The notes under the pieces: generated by a model
Database searches by the model: none
The model's input: the letters and a program-made list of their open reading frames with translations, nothing else
What the model was told of the DNA's origin: nothing
NCBI GenBank assembly: GCA_963662435.1
Contig: OY759598.1
Coordinates: 1,582,507 to 1,646,506, forward strand
Origin: Dehalococcoidia bacterium
GTDB taxonomy: Bacteria > Chloroflexota > Dehalococcoidia > Lucifugimonadales > VXLM01
Direction: 5' to 3'
DNA: 64,000 nucleotides
Position numbers and translations under genes: made by a program
Part shown: positions 1-11,830 of the stretch, piece after piece
Layout: each line of letters starts with the position of its first letter
Position numbering within the stretch: the first letter of the stretch is position 1

Positions 1-1
1 C

Positions 2-1163
<1,162 letters not shown>

Positions 1164-1167
<4 letters not shown>

Positions 1168-1532
1168 CCGAAATGGGAAGGGCGCCACTCCGCGAAAGGG
1201 CTACGGTAGTTGTAAGACGGGACGGCAAGGTCCTACTGGTCCATGGTCGCACGCCAACATTCGCCATGCCGGGGGGCGGAATTGAGCCAGGCGAGTCACC
1301 TGAGGATGCGGCAGAACGCGAGCTTCTTGAGGAAACGGGCCTGAAAGCAACAAATTGCCAGTTTCAATTCATCCTGGAAACGGGTGGGCATAGACACCAC
1401 GTTTGCCTGGCTGAGGCCGAAGGCGAGGTACAAGCGGGCCCGGAAATTCACGAGTACCTGTGGTGGAATCGGAGGGGCAGCATTCCGATTTATTCTCACG
1501 TTGATTCTATTCTTGAGGCTCTGAGCATATGA
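1164..1532 (+). CDS. NUDIX hydrolase
   Basis: Nudix box PGGGIEPGESPEDAAERELLEETGL; overlaps both neighbours by 4 nt. Confidence 0.9.
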
Positions 1533-2875
1533 CGCCCTCTTCTCCGATTGTCATCAAGAACGGTCGAGTGGTCGATCCCTCCCAGGGTATCGACGAGGTA
1601 GCCAACGTCGTAATCGATGACGGGAAGGTAGTTGGCGTCGACGCCAACTGGGACCCGGTTGGCGCCGAGGTCATAGATGCGACCGGTATGATCGTGTGTC
1701 CGGGATTCATCGACCTGCATACCCATCTCAGGGAGCCGGGGATCGAATACAAAGAGACCATTGCGACGGGCACTGCGGCAGCGGCGAGAGGTGGCTTCAC
1801 GACCGTTTGCGCCATGCCAAACACCAGCCCTGTAATGGACTCACGCTCCATCGTGGACTTTGTGCTCGCCAAGGCCGCGGAAGAGGGAGTGGTTAGAGTC
1901 CTGCCGATTGGGGCGGTCACCAAGGGGAGCCATGGGAAGGAACTGGCCGAGATGGGTGAACTTGCCGATGTGGGTGCTATCGGGTTCAGTGACGACGGAC
2001 ATCCTGTAACGGATACCAACATCATGAGGCAGGCCCTGAGTTATGCCTCGTCGCTGGGACTTCCGGTCATCAACCACGCAGAGGTCAAATCACTTTCGGC
2101 CAGCGGCATGATGAACGAAGGCTGGGTAGCGACCCGGCTGGGACTCAAGGGCATTCCGACCTCCGCTGAAGAGATCATGGTCGCGCGGGACATAGAGCTT
2201 GCCGATCTCACGGGAGGGCGTGTCCACATCGCGCATGCCAGCACGGCCGGGACGATTGATCTCGTTCGACGGGCGAAGGACAAGGGCATCAACGTTACGT
2301 GCGAGGTAACACCTCATCACTTGACCCTCACGGACGAAGCGGTGATGGGGTACCTGAGCACAGAAGGCCCGTTTGACTTGCTCACCGAAGCCGCTTATGA
2401 CACGGCCACCAAGGTGGCGCCTCCACTGAGAGCTCGTGCCGATATGGAGGCGATGGTCAAGGCGCTCAAGGAGGGCGTAATCGACTTCATTGCTACGGAC
2501 CATGCGCCCCATGGCACTGTGGATAAGCAGACGACGTATGAGGACGCCGCCAATGGGATCAGCGTACTCGAAACTGCATTGGGCTCACTGATGGGGCTGG
2601 TGCATTCCGATGCCGTTCCCCTGCCCGTCCTTGTGGGAAAGCTGACGGCTTCGCCTGCACGGTTCCTCGGTAGGGGCGATCTTGGAACACTCAGAGCGGG
2701 CTCGGAGGCCGACGTAACGGTAATCGATCCTGATGCTGAGTGGATTGTGGATCCGTCAGAATTCCGTTCGAAGGGCAAGAATACGCCGCTTGCGGGTGCG
2801 ACTTTGAGGGGGCGTGTGGTTGCGACAGTGTTCGAGGGGCGAGTGGTGTATGAGGATTTGGGGGAGAGTGGGTGA
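1529..2875 (+). CDS. pyrC: Dihydroorotase (type I)
   Basis: PGFIDLHTHLREPG, AMPNT and ATDHAPH motifs; pyr operon context. Confidence 0.96.
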   Translation: MTPSSPIVIKNGRVVDPSQGIDEVANVVIDDGKVVGVDANWDPVGAEVIDATGMIVCPGFIDLHTHLREPGIEYKETIATGTAAAARGGFTTVCAMPNTSPVMDSRSIVDFVLAKAAEEGVVRVLPIGAVTKGSHGKELAEMGELADVGAIGFSDDGHPVTDTNIMRQALSYASSLGLPVINHAEVKSLSASGMMNEGWVATRLGLKGIPTSAEEIMVARDIELADLTGGRVHIAHASTAGTIDLVRRAKDKGINVTCEVTPHHLTLTDEAVMGYLSTEGPFDLLTEAAYDTATKVAPPLRARADMEAMVKALKEGVIDFIATDHAPHGTVDKQTTYEDAANGISVLETALGSLMGLVHSDAVPLPVLVGKLTASPARFLGRGDLGTLRAGSEADVTVIDPDAEWIVDPSEFRSKGKNTPLAGATLRGRVVATVFEGRVVYEDLGESG

Positions 2876-2956
2876 GGAACGTAATCTCAGTTCCACACTC
2901 GATTTGTGAATCGCCCTGTCATTGCTATGAAGTGTCGAGGGCAAAGGTTATGAGTT

Positions 2957-4129
2957 ATGTCATTACAGAGTAATCTCGCACACCTCGTGCTCGAAGACGG
3001 GTCCGTGTACCGGGGCGCGGCCTTTGGGGCTGCGGGTTCTGCGCATGGCGAGGTGGTATTCAGCACGTCTATGACGGGATACCAGGAGATGCTGACTGAC
3101 CCGTCGTTTGCGGGGCAGATCGTGGTGCCGACGTACCCATTGATTGGCAACTACGGGGTCAATGAGCGTGATTTCGAGTCGGTGCGGGTGCAGGTCGCGG
3201 GGTTTGTGGTGCGGGAGCATTCGGCCCGTCCTAGTCACTCATTGAGTACCTCAACGCTCGATGAGTTTCTCAAGTCCCAGGGTGTAACCGGCATAAGCGG
3301 AGTCGATACGCGTGCCATAACACGGAGGCTGCGTACGCGCGGTGTTATGAAGGGTGTTATTGCTGTCGATGAGAAGCCGGAGCAAGCCCTCGAGCGCCTC
3401 AGCGATCTGCCGGACTACGGGGACACAGACTTCGTGGAGCGGGTGTCAACACCGGAGGCGTATGACTGGGATGAACCCGTACCCGCTGACCGTACGGGGG
3501 ACGGTAGTAGGCCATACCGCATTCTCGTCGACGACTGCGGGCTGAAGTACAACATTCTGCGGATGCTCAGAGCGCGGGGCTGCGAGGTGAAGGCTCTGCC
3601 AGCCCAGACATCGGCGGAGGACATCCTGGCACAGAAGCCGGATGGTGTTGTGATGTCGCCGGGGCCGGGGGACCCGGAACTGCTCGACTACGCGGTCGAG
3701 GCGGCGCGAGGAATTGCCGGGAAAGTGCCCATTCTCGGCATTTGCCTCGGGAACCAAATGATTGGTCGCGCATTCGGAGGAAAGACGTTCAAGCTCAAGT
3801 TTGGGCATCGCGGGGCAAACCATCCTGTCAAGGACCTCGCTACGGGTCGTGTATACATCACAGCGCAGAACCACGGATATGCCGTCGATCCCGATTCCCT
3901 ACCCTCGGAGCTTGAGGTGAGTCATGTGAATCTCAACGACGGCACGGTGGAGGGACTCCGTCACAGGAACTTGCCGATTATGACCATCCAGTACCATTCC
4001 GAGGCATCGCCGGGTCCATTGGACAACGAGTACATCTTCGACCGGTTCATAGAGATGGTGCGGGAGAGTGATGTCAATCAAAAATTACTCTCCATGAATG
4101 AAGTACTTCATTCATGGATGAAATCCTGA
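2957..4129 (+). CDS. carA: Carbamoyl-phosphate synthase small subunit
   Basis: GEVVFSTSMTGYQE, GICLG and QYHSEASPGP motifs. Confidence 0.97.
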   Translation: MSLQSNLAHLVLEDGSVYRGAAFGAAGSAHGEVVFSTSMTGYQEMLTDPSFAGQIVVPTYPLIGNYGVNERDFESVRVQVAGFVVREHSARPSHSLSTSTLDEFLKSQGVTGISGVDTRAITRRLRTRGVMKGVIAVDEKPEQALERLSDLPDYGDTDFVERVSTPEAYDWDEPVPADRTGDGSRPYRILVDDCGLKYNILRMLRARGCEVKALPAQTSAEDILAQKPDGVVMSPGPGDPELLDYAVEAARGIAGKVPILGICLGNQMIGRAFGGKTFKLKFGHRGANHPVKDLATGRVYITAQNHGYAVDPDSLPSELEVSHVNLNDGTVEGLRHRNLPIMTIQYHSEASPGPLDNEYIFDRFIEMVRESDVNQKLLSMNEVLHSWMKS

Positions 4130-4144
4130 ATCAGTTGGGAAGGT

Positions 4145-4375
4145 TTGGAATTGATTTCAGGAAAGTACGAGTTCGATAACGGGCGCGCAAGGATGTTGAA
4201 CAGGGGAGTGAACCTCTGGAAAGGGAGCGAGGACAGCATCAGCCGTGACAATCCACAGCGTTCGTTCGACGCCTTGGTGTATGAACTGATTGGCGCAGAA
4301 GAGGTATGGTCGGACAGCTACTATCTCAAGGGCATCAAGGTCCCTATCGAGATCCAGGAAGTGACCACGCAGTGA
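4145..4375 (+). CDS. Small hypothetical protein (possible gene remnant)
   Basis: 76-aa ORF in the same frame as carA; its stop overlaps the GTG start of the HAD gene. Confidence 0.35.
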   Translation: MELISGKYEFDNGRARMLNRGVNLWKGSEDSISRDNPQRSFDALVYELIGAEEVWSDSYYLKGIKVPIEIQEVTTQ

Positions 4376-5076
4376 CCACGCTTTCCGGCATCAAGGCGAT
4401 CACGTTCGATGTGGACGGGACTCTCTGGGACTTCGAAGGGACGATGTGGCGTGGGCTAGAAGCGGCATTGCGCGAAGTGCAGCGGCTGAATCCAGAGGAA
4501 ACTCAGGGCCTCACAGTCGACCATCTCGACCAAGCATGGCTTGTTGAGCACGACAGGCAACAGGGAACGATTACCGATCTCGTTCAACTAAGGCACGACG
4601 CGATGCGACGGGCATTCGCTGGAATCGACACGTCGGACGACCTCCTTGCCAATCGAGCCACCCAAGCCTACCTGGAAGAGCGGGACCGCAGCACCATTCC
4701 GTTTGACGACGTTGTGCCGACGCTAGAAGTCCTGCACGGGACCTTTGCCATTGGGACGCTAACCAATGGCAGCATGCGCCCGGAACGGTTGGGGCTGGAG
4801 CAGTTCTTTGACTTTCGGGTGATGTCGGTCGAACACGGAGGCATAGAAAAACCGGACCCCCGAATATTTGAGATCGCGGTCCGTGAGGCCGGGTGCGAAC
4901 CTTGCGAGCTTTTGCACGTCGGAGACCACATCGAGTATGACGTGCGAGGGGCCAACGATTTCGGTATTAGGAGCGTCTGGCTCAATCGCAACGGTGAATA
5001 TCGTCCGACGGACGTCAAGCCCGATCTGGAGGTGCAATCGATGAGTGAGCTTCCTGAAGCGCTATTACCAGTATAG
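4372..5076 (+). CDS. HAD-superfamily hydrolase (YjjG-like nucleotidase/phosphatase)
   Basis: [17 protein letters not shown] and HVGD motifs; GTG start at 4372. Confidence 0.88.
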   Translation: MTTLSGIKAITFDVDGTLWDFEGTMWRGLEAALREVQRLNPEETQGLTVDHLDQAWLVEHDRQQGTITDLVQLRHDAMRRAFAGIDTSDDLLANRATQAYLEERDRSTIPFDDVVPTLEVLHGTFAIGTLTNGSMRPERLGLEQFFDFRVMSVEHGGIEKPDPRIFEIAVREAGCEPCELLHVGDHIEYDVRGANDFGIRSVWLNRNGEYRPTDVKPDLEVQSMSELPEALLPV

Positions 5077-5125
5077 GACCGAAGCCCAGAGTTTCCAAAC
5101 ACGGCTCATAAGGACTCCGCAATCA

Positions 5126-8100
5126 ATGGTCAACAAACCGAATAAAGTACTCGTAATCGGCTCCGGGCCTATCGTCATCGGGCAGGCGGCTGAGTTTGAC
5201 TATGCAGGGACGCAGGCGTGCAAGGCGCTCCGCGAGGAGGGGGTCACTACAGTTCTCGTCAACTCGAACCCGGCTACGATTATGACGGACGAGGACATCG
5301 CCGATGTTGTGTACATCGAGCCGCTGACGGTGGAAGTAGTTGAGCGGATAATTGCCCAGGAGAGGCCGGACGGGCTGTTGCCGACTCTGGGTGGGCAGAC
5401 CGGTCTCAATCTTGCCGTTGACCTCGCAGACGCCGGCGTTCTGGAAAAGTATGACGTTCGCCTGCTTGGGACGCCTCTCGATTCGATACGCAAGGCGGAA
5501 GACCGCGACCTGTTCCGCCAGTTGTTGTTGGACATCGGCGAGCCCGTCCCTCCTAGCGTGACAGTCGGGTCCATGGAAGAGGCACAAGAGGCACTGGAGG
5601 GCTTGTTGGGGCTGCCGTTGGTCATTCGCCCTGCCTACACGCTAGGCGGCACGGGGGGCGGTATCGCCAACACTGTAGACGAGTTCGAGCGCTTCGTGGG
5701 GTCCGGGTTGGCAGCCAGTCCCATCGACCAGGTGCTGTTGGAGAAGTCGCTGGTCGGGTGGAAGGAGCTTGAGTACGAGGTGATGCGTGACTCAGGCGAC
5801 AATTGCATCACCGTGTGCAACATGGAGAACATCGATCCGATGGGAGCGCACACGGGTGACAGCATCGTCGTCGCGCCCAGCCAGACGCTCTCCGACAAGG
5901 AGTACCAGATGCTCCGGTCGGCGGGCTTGAAGATCATCCGGTCGCTTGGCATCGAAGGTGGGTGCAACATCCAATTTGCACTCGAACCGGGAGACGTGGT
6001 CGGTGAGACGCTTCCTGGAGGCGGAAGGCAGGATAGCACGTACTATGTCATCGAGGTCAATCCCAGGGTCAGCCGCAGCTCGGCGCTCGCCAGCAAGGCG
6101 ACGGGATATCCGATTGCTCGCGTGGCGGCGAAGATTGCGACGGGCAAACGGCTGGATGAGATACCGAACGCGGTTACGCAGAAGACCGTGGCTGCCTTTG
6201 AGCCGGCCCTTGATTACTGCGTGGTCAAGATACCTCGATGGCCGTTCGACAAGTTTCCCAGCGGCGACCGTTCGGTTACTACGCAGATGAAGGCAACGGG
6301 CGAGGTGATGTCTATCGACCGATCGTTCGAGGCTGCTTTTCAGAAGGCAGTTCGGTCGCTGGAGATCACTGGCAGGTCAATCTTGTGGGAGTCCGAAGGA
6401 TGGCCCAAGGACCTCAAGGACTGGAAGACAGGCCTGCCGCTTCACCCCAACGACGAGCGACTCTGGGCGCTGCTGTTCGCCTTGCGGCGGGGGGTAACGC
6501 CCGAAGAGCTTTCGAGGGTGACGGGCATAGACCCCTGGTTTACGCGCGCTTTTGAGAACATCGTCCACATGGAGGGGCGGCTTCTCGGAGAGACGCTGAC
6601 GCAGGATCTTCTGTGGCAGGCGAAGCGGCTAGGATTCGGCGACGACCGAATAGGGTTATTGACCGATCGCACTCATGAGCAGATACGCTCGATGCGGAGG
6701 CAGTGGGACATCAGGCCCGTGTACAAGATGGTCGATACCTGCGCGGCAGAGTTCGAAGCACAGACTCCGTATTTCTACAGCACCTATGAGGAAGAGAACG
6801 AGGCGGAACCGCTCCAAGCATCCAAGGCGATTGTGGTGGGCAGCGGCCCGATACGCATTGGGCAAGGAATCGAGTTCGACTACTGCTCGGTACACGCGGC
6901 TTGGGCGCTACAGCGGGAGGGTATCAAGAGCATCCTGGTGAACTCCAATCCGGAAACGGTGTCGACCGATTTCGACACGAGTGACCGACTGTATTTCGAG
7001 CCGCTTGACGAGGAAAGCGTTCGCGACATCATTGAGAACGAGGTGTGGGACGGGAACGCTGAAGAGAAGGACGGAATGGAGAGCGCGGTACCGCCCACGG
7101 TGGTCCAGTTCGGCGGGCAGACGGCGATCAACCTTTCGCAAGTGCTCGATAAGGCCAAGCTGCCAATTCTGGGCTCTACTGCGGGGTCCATCGACACCGC
7201 GTCCGACAGACATCTCTTCGAAGAGTTTCTCGCCAGGATAGGAATACCCAATCCGCCGGGCGCCGCGGTCGCCACGGTGGAGCAGGCGTTGAGCGTGGCG
7301 CAGGAGATCGGGTATCCCGTTCTCGTCAGGCCGTCGTACGTCCTTGGAGGACGGGCGATGGAGATCGTCCAGAACGCCACGGAACTGCTGAAGTTCTGGT
7401 CGGAAGCGGTTGCCGCGGCTGAGGGCAGGCGCGTCCTTATCGACAAGTATTTTGAGGGCCGAGAGGTGGAGGTCGACGCGGTGTGTGACGGTGAGACGGT
7501 GCTGGTGCCCGGGATCATGGAGCACGTCGAGCGTGCGGGGGTACACAGCGGCGACTCTACGGCGATCTATCCCGGGCTCACGCTATCCGAAGCAGAGGTT
7601 GACACGATCGTCGACTACACGCGGCGCATCGGGCTGGCGCTGGACGTGCGCGGCCTGATGAACATCCAATACGTCGTGGTGGGGGGCGACGCCTACCGTA
7701 CGCCAAACCGGCCTTCCTCTGAGAACGGAACCGGCGATGGAGCCGGTACGCAAGTGTATGTGATCGAGGTGAATCCTCGCTCCAGCAGGACGATTCCCTT
7801 CATCTCGAAGGTGACAGGTGTGCCTATGGTCCGGATTGCGGTGAATGCCATGACCGGCAAGTCGCTCAAGGAGCAGGGGTACGAAGGGGGACTCTGGAAG
7901 CGGCAGAAGCTCGTAGCAGTCAAGGCGCCGGTGTTTTCGATGTCGAAGCTGGTAGGAGTGGACTCCTATCTTGGGCCGGAGATGAAATCCACCGGTGAGG
8001 TGATGGGCATCGATACGGAGTTCAGGCCCGCTTTGGCAAAGGCGCTGATGGCTGCGGGGATGATGCTCCCGCCGAAGGGTTCCATCCTGCTGAGCATCGC

Positions 8101-8479
8101 AGACCGACATAAGGCGGACGCGGTCACGCTGGTCAAGGACCTCGCCGAGCAGGGCTATTCGATTTACGCGACCAACGGGACGGCGACGATGATCCGGGCA
8201 ATGGGCATTGATGTAACGACCGTTGCCAAGGCCCACGAGCCGGGGCGCCCGAACACCGTCGATATCGTGGCCGATGGGACGGTGCAGGCAGCCGTCAATA
8301 CGGTGACGGGGGATAAGACGACTCTCGAAGACGGTTTCGAGATACGACGTGCGGCGGCTGAGGTACGAATTCCCTGCTTCACATCGCTCGATACGGCACG
8401 GGCGGCTGTGGAGAGTCTTGCGACAGGACAGGGCGGTTACAACGTGAAGCCTCTGCCGGAGTACAGAGCTGCAGAGTAA
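5126..8479 (+). CDS. carB: Carbamoyl-phosphate synthase large subunit
   Basis: [30 protein letters not shown], duplicated ATP-grasp halves, C-terminal MGS domain. Confidence 0.98.
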   Translation: MVNKPNKVLVIGSGPIVIGQAAEFDYAGTQACKALREEGVTTVLVNSNPATIMTDEDIADVVYIEPLTVEVVERIIAQERPDGLLPTLGGQTGLNLAVDLADAGVLEKYDVRLLGTPLDSIRKAEDRDLFRQLLLDIGEPVPPSVTVGSMEEAQEALEGLLGLPLVIRPAYTLGGTGGGIANTVDEFERFVGSGLAASPIDQVLLEKSLVGWKELEYEVMRDSGDNCITVCNMENIDPMGAHTGDSIVVAPSQTLSDKEYQMLRSAGLKIIRSLGIEGGCNIQFALEPGDVVGETLPGGGRQDSTYYVIEVNPRVSRSSALASKATGYPIARVAAKIATGKRLDEIPNAVTQKTVAAFEPALDYCVVKIPRWPFDKFPSGDRSVTTQMKATGEVMSIDRSFEAAFQKAVRSLEITGRSILWESEGWPKDLKDWKTGLPLHPNDERLWALLFALRRGVTPEELSRVTGIDPWFTRAFENIVHMEGRLLGETLTQDLLWQAKRLGFGDDRIGLLTDRTHEQIRSMRRQWDIRPVYKMVDTCAAEFEAQTPYFYSTYEEENEAEPLQASKAIVVGSGPIRIGQGIEFDYCSVHAAWALQREGIKSILVNSNPETVSTDFDTSDRLYFEPLDEESVRDIIENEVWDGNAEEKDGMESAVPPTVVQFGGQTAINLSQVLDKAKLPILGSTAGSIDTASDRHLFEEFLARIGIPNPPGAAVATVEQALSVAQEIGYPVLVRPSYVLGGRAMEIVQNATELLKFWSEAVAAAEGRRVLIDKYFEGREVEVDAVCDGETVLVPGIMEHVERAGVHSGDSTAIYPGLTLSEAEVDTIVDYTRRIGLALDVRGLMNIQYVVVGGDAYRTPNRPSSENGTGDGAGTQVYVIEVNPRSSRTIPFISKVTGVPMVRIAVNAMTGKSLKEQGYEGGLWKRQKLVAVKAPVFSMSKLVGVDSYLGPEMKSTGEVMGIDTEFRPALAKALMAAGMMLPPKGSILLSIADRHKADAVTLVKDLAEQGYSIYATNGTATMIRAMGIDVTTVAKAHEPGRPNTVDIVADGTVQAAVNTVTGDKTTLEDGFEIRRAAAEVRIPCFTSLDTARAAVESLATGQGGYNVKPLPEYRAAE

Positions 8480-8489
8480 GCAGGTCTTG

Positions 8490-8820
8490 GGGCCTCGCCG
8501 GCCAGGCGGACCTCGCCGGTCGGGGACTTCGCCAGTCGGGCGTATAGAGGGCGTCGCCGGTCGGGGACTTCGCCAGTCGGGCGTATAGAGGGCGTCGCCG
8601 GTCGGGGGCCTCGCCGGCCAGGCGTATAGAGGGCCTCGCCAGTCGGGCATATAAGGGCAAGGTGCTGGGTTTTGGGTGCTAGGTAGTTGGTGGGGGTCTG
8701 CCCTTCGATAGGCTCAGGGCGAACGGGACTTTGCCAGTCGGGGCCTCGCCAGTCGGGCGGACCTCGCCGGTCGGGCGTATAGAGCAGGGGACCTCGCCGG
8801 TCGGGCGTGTAGAGCAGGGG
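8490..8820. repeat. Array of about 12 copies of the 14-bp motif CYTCGCCRGYCRGG
   Basis: Copies at 8493, 8511, 8527, 8552, 8568, 8593, 8609, 8634, 8729, 8744, 8762, 8792; alternating 16/25-bp spacing in the core. Confidence 0.9.
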
Positions 8821-8972
8821 CTGGGTTTGGTACTTGGTGGTTAGGTTGTTGGTGGGGGGTGTGTCCTTCGACAGGCTTCTGAGTAACTGCGGGACCCCCT
8901 CTCTGTATCTCAATCCCGGCGGGGGAGAGATTAAGGGTGACTGCACGGCTAGTCATCTTGGATTGGTTAATG

Positions 8973-9340
8973 GTACCGGCTGCACATGAGTCTGATATTT
9001 CGATTCAACCTCACCCCCGTATTGAGTGCGGGGCAGGCTCTAGCCCTCTCCCGCGAACGGGAGAGCGGTCTACACTCACCAGAATGCAACCCTGGCACTG
9101 TCATTCTGTGCGGAGTGCGGCGGAGTCGAAGAATCTAGAGTGTCTGTCCTAATCTAAAGCTGACACATGGGGTTCGATCGCCGTTTTCACTCCTTGTCAC
9201 GAAATAAGCGCGGCACCGGCTGTCCGGTCTTGCGGTTATGGATCTTAGATTCCTCCCTCCACTCGGAATGACGGTTAAGGGGACCGAGTTTTAGCTAGAG
9301 TTCCGTTCTTTCTGCCCTTGTCAGCCCGCGACGGGAGAGG
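8973..9340. mobile_element. 5' portion of an IS630-type MITE built from REP-like palindromes
   Basis: Starts GTACCGGCTGCACATGA (compare 40174 GTGCCGGTTCCACATGA); about 300 bp similar to 46660-46980. Confidence 0.6.
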
Positions 9341-9341
9341 G

Positions 9342-10169
9342 TTAGAAGCGCTTTACGGGGAAGGTGTTTTTCTTTTCGGCCTTTCTTTGTTGTCTGAGGA
9401 ATTCGCGGCGCACGGCGCGGGAGGGGGGATTCACCGGTGTGGGCGCGGAGACGTCTTCTGGATACCACTCATCGTCGGTGTTGTTGGGCGAGGATGGCTC
9501 GTGGTCGTAAGGGGTCGGATGTGGGGAACCCCCTCTCTGTTTCTCTCCCCCGGCGGGGGAGAGATGGGAATTCGAAGGCTCCCCGGTGGGGGAGAGATTG
9601 GGCGAGGATGGCTCGAGATCATTTTTGGGATATGCATTCTCAGCGCCCTCGGCCAATTTGCTGAAGTATGGGTGTCCGGCGGCTTTCTCACGGCGGGCCT
9701 GCACCCTGTAGCGGCGGAGCTGTTCGAGTTCCTCAGCTTTAGCCTTAGCCTTAGCCCGGTCGTCGTTTTCGCCCTTTTCGGAGTACTTCTCCGGCATGTT
9801 TGCGCTGAGCAGGGCGATGATCAGCGACGCGGGGGCCATGGGTTCGCCCGCGCGCATGAGAGCAATCTCCTGAAGGCTGTCGTTGAATGCCAGAGTGGCC
9901 ATCTCAAGTCTACGGTTGAAACTCAGCACGTCGTCACTCTGCCATCTCAGCGCCTTGTAGACAGCGACGTTCGCTACTCGCGCGGCTGAGGTGGTGGTCC
10001 CAGTCCGCGAGAAGTGCTTCAGATAGTCGGTCTGGCGGACCCATGTCTCGCAGTCGGAGGGAGAGAACTCCTGAAAGCGCAGGTCGAGTTCGTATTCCAG
10101 TTCCCCGGCCTCTTCTTCTGATTTGATGCCGAGTTCGTCGAGTGTGGTGTGAAGGTTTTGGTAGTTCAT
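9342..10169 (-). CDS. Hypothetical protein with phage terminase small subunit-like HTH/helical core and low-complexity tail
   Basis: GTTTSAARVANVAVYKALRW...F...LE.A...DSLQEIALMRA...LIIALLSANMPEKY resembles the TerS-like pattern; ATG at 10169 directly follows a promoter. Confidence 0.6.
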   Translation of the reverse strand: MNYQNLHTTLDELGIKSEEEAGELEYELDLRFQEFSPSDCETWVRQTDYLKHFSRTGTTTSAARVANVAVYKALRWQSDDVLSFNRRLEMATLAFNDSLQEIALMRAGEPMAPASLIIALLSANMPEKYSEKGENDDRAKAKAKAEELEQLRRYRVQARREKAAGHPYFSKLAEGAENAYPKNDLEPSSPNLSPTGEPSNSHLSPAGGEKQRGGSPHPTPYDHEPSSPNNTDDEWYPEDVSAPTPVNPPSRAVRREFLRQQRKAEKKNTFPVKRF

Positions 10170-10176
10170 ACGTTCT

Positions 10177-10205
10177 ATGTTAGGGGTGATCTGGGAGGTT
10201 GTCAA
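10177..10205 (-). promoter_or_regulatory. Sigma70-type promoter, probably leaderless
   Basis: TTGACA (10205-10200), 17-nt spacer, TAACAT (10182-10177), 7 nt, ATG; no SD sequence. Confidence 0.75.
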
Positions 10206-10210
10206 AAGGG

Positions 10211-10360
10211 CCTCGGCGGCCGGGCGTATAGGGGACTTCGCCAGTCGGGGGCCTCGCCGGCCGGGCATATTGGGGGCCTCGCCGATCGGGGGCCTCGCCG
10301 GCCAGGCATATTGGGGGGCCTCGCCGGTCGGGCATATAGAGGACCTCGCCGGTCGGGCGT
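10211..10360. repeat. Array of 7 copies of the same 14-bp motif
   Basis: Copies at 10211, 10236, 10252, 10277, 10293, 10319, 10344. Confidence 0.9.
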
Positions 10361-10477
10361 ATGGAGGAGGGTTTGGGGGCTGGTTTTTGGGTTAGGTTGT
10401 TGGTGGGGGGTCTGCCGTTCGACAGGCTCAGGGCGAACGTGGTGTGGCTGGAGAGCGCGGGGTTGCTGTCATGGACT

Positions 10478-10621
10478 TCAGATTCCTCGCTGCACTCGGA
10501 ATGACAGGCAGGGGGCAGAGTTATAGCTACGGATCCGTCTTGCCTACCCCTGTCAGCCCACGACGGAAGAGGGGATGGAGCACCTCCCTATTCGACTATC
10601 ACCTTCATATGGAAACAGTAC
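10478..10621. mobile_element. 3' portion of an IS630-type MITE
   Basis: Similar to 40600-40700; ends GGAAACAGTAC followed by TA, like the IS630 end GAAACGGTAC-TA. Confidence 0.6.
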
Positions 10622-10623
10622 TA

Positions 10624-11830
10624 GTACCGCTTCAATCTGAATGTGATGGATAGATATGTTGAAGTTTAGTCCGAGCGTCCTGAGTGGAGAAGCGCCAGTC
10701 TATGATGGCGACAGCCTCATTGCGTTCACGTTCCAGCGCCGAGACCTCTCGTTTCAGTACCGCCTCGTCACTGATTCGACGGTTGAGACATTGATTACTG
10801 AAGACGCTCAACTCTATCTCCGCCATGTTCAGCCAACTGCCGTGTACCGGAGTGTAATGGAACTCCAGGCGCTTGGCGATGCGCCACGCTTCGGCTGGCT
10901 CGAAGGCATCGTACAACGAACCCAGCTTGTGAGTGTTGAGATTGTCCAGCACCAGCCGTATCGTCTCTGTGTGAGGGTATGCCTCATCAACCAGCCACCT
11001 CATCTGCTGTGCGAAGTCCACAGCAGTGCGTTGCTCGGTCACCTCGACATGCCTCCAACCGGCTTTCGGCTCACAGAACATGAACAGGTTTCGCGTCCCG
11101 TTTCGCTTGTACTCGTAGTCATATCGTTCCACCCGACCCGGCTTGGCCCTGATAGCGGGCCTCTTATCAGCCACCAGTTGCTTGGATGTCTCGTCGAAGC
11201 AGACCACGGGATGGTCGGGGTCGTAGTCTTGATGGTACAGGTCCAACACATCCTCCATCCGAGCCACGAACTCTCCGCTCACCTCGGGGATGCACCACTC
11301 CTTCTTCTTCCACGGTTTGAGTTCGTTTTTTTGAGTATCTGGCGCACCGTCTCGAGGGAGATGCTCTCGGCAAACCCCATCGCCACCGCCTTGTCCGCAA
11401 TGAGCTGCAGCGTCCAGTCCGCGTGTCCTTCGGGTGCATCGCTGCACGCGACGGCTATAAGGTGCGCTTCCTGTCTGCCGTCCAACTTGCGCTTCTGTCC
11501 CGGTCGCGTGCGTTCATTGAGCGCGCTGTCGAGTCCCTCCTCCACAAACCGCGTGCGCACACGTCCCACCGTGGATGCGCTTATCAATAGTCCGCTGGCG
11601 ATGTCACGGTCGATCAGACCTTCGTCTGCCTTAAGCAACACCAGCGCTCGCTTGACCTTACGGGCCGAAGTCTCCCCACGACTCGCTATCTCTTTGAGAC
11701 GTGTCCGTTCCGATTTATTCAACTCCACCTTGTACTGGAGAGCAGGCATGTCTTCGTATGTCCTCCTTATGGGATCATACATAAGACTAACCTATTTCTT
11801 ATATTTGTCAAATATACCTAGAAACGGTAC
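10624..11830 (-). mobile_element. IS630-family insertion sequence, apparently complete
   Basis: TIRs GTACCGCTTC / GAAACGGTAC; TA duplicated at 10622-23 and 11831-32. Confidence 0.92.
10632..11749 (-). CDS. IS630 transposase, two ORFs joined by a -1 shift at A7C (T-run 11326-11332)
   Basis: HTH ORF ending RQILKK joins NELKPW; DDE residues in FDET, LDNL and AEIE; AAGGAGG RBS upstream of 11749. Confidence 0.92.

Noticed and set aside
4127..4129. Selenocysteine readthrough of the carA TGA
   Set aside because: No recognisable SECIS hairpin and no redox context
8490..8820. Possible CRISPR array
   Set aside because: Short degenerate repeats with repeated, non-unique linkers of about 2-11 nt and no cas genes
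7583..8946. Minus-strand ORFs with YTPDWR/ARPAR repeats
   Set aside because: Translations of the DNA repeat array and antisense to carB
9342..10169. Prophage
   Set aside because: No large terminase, portal, capsid or integrase in the window
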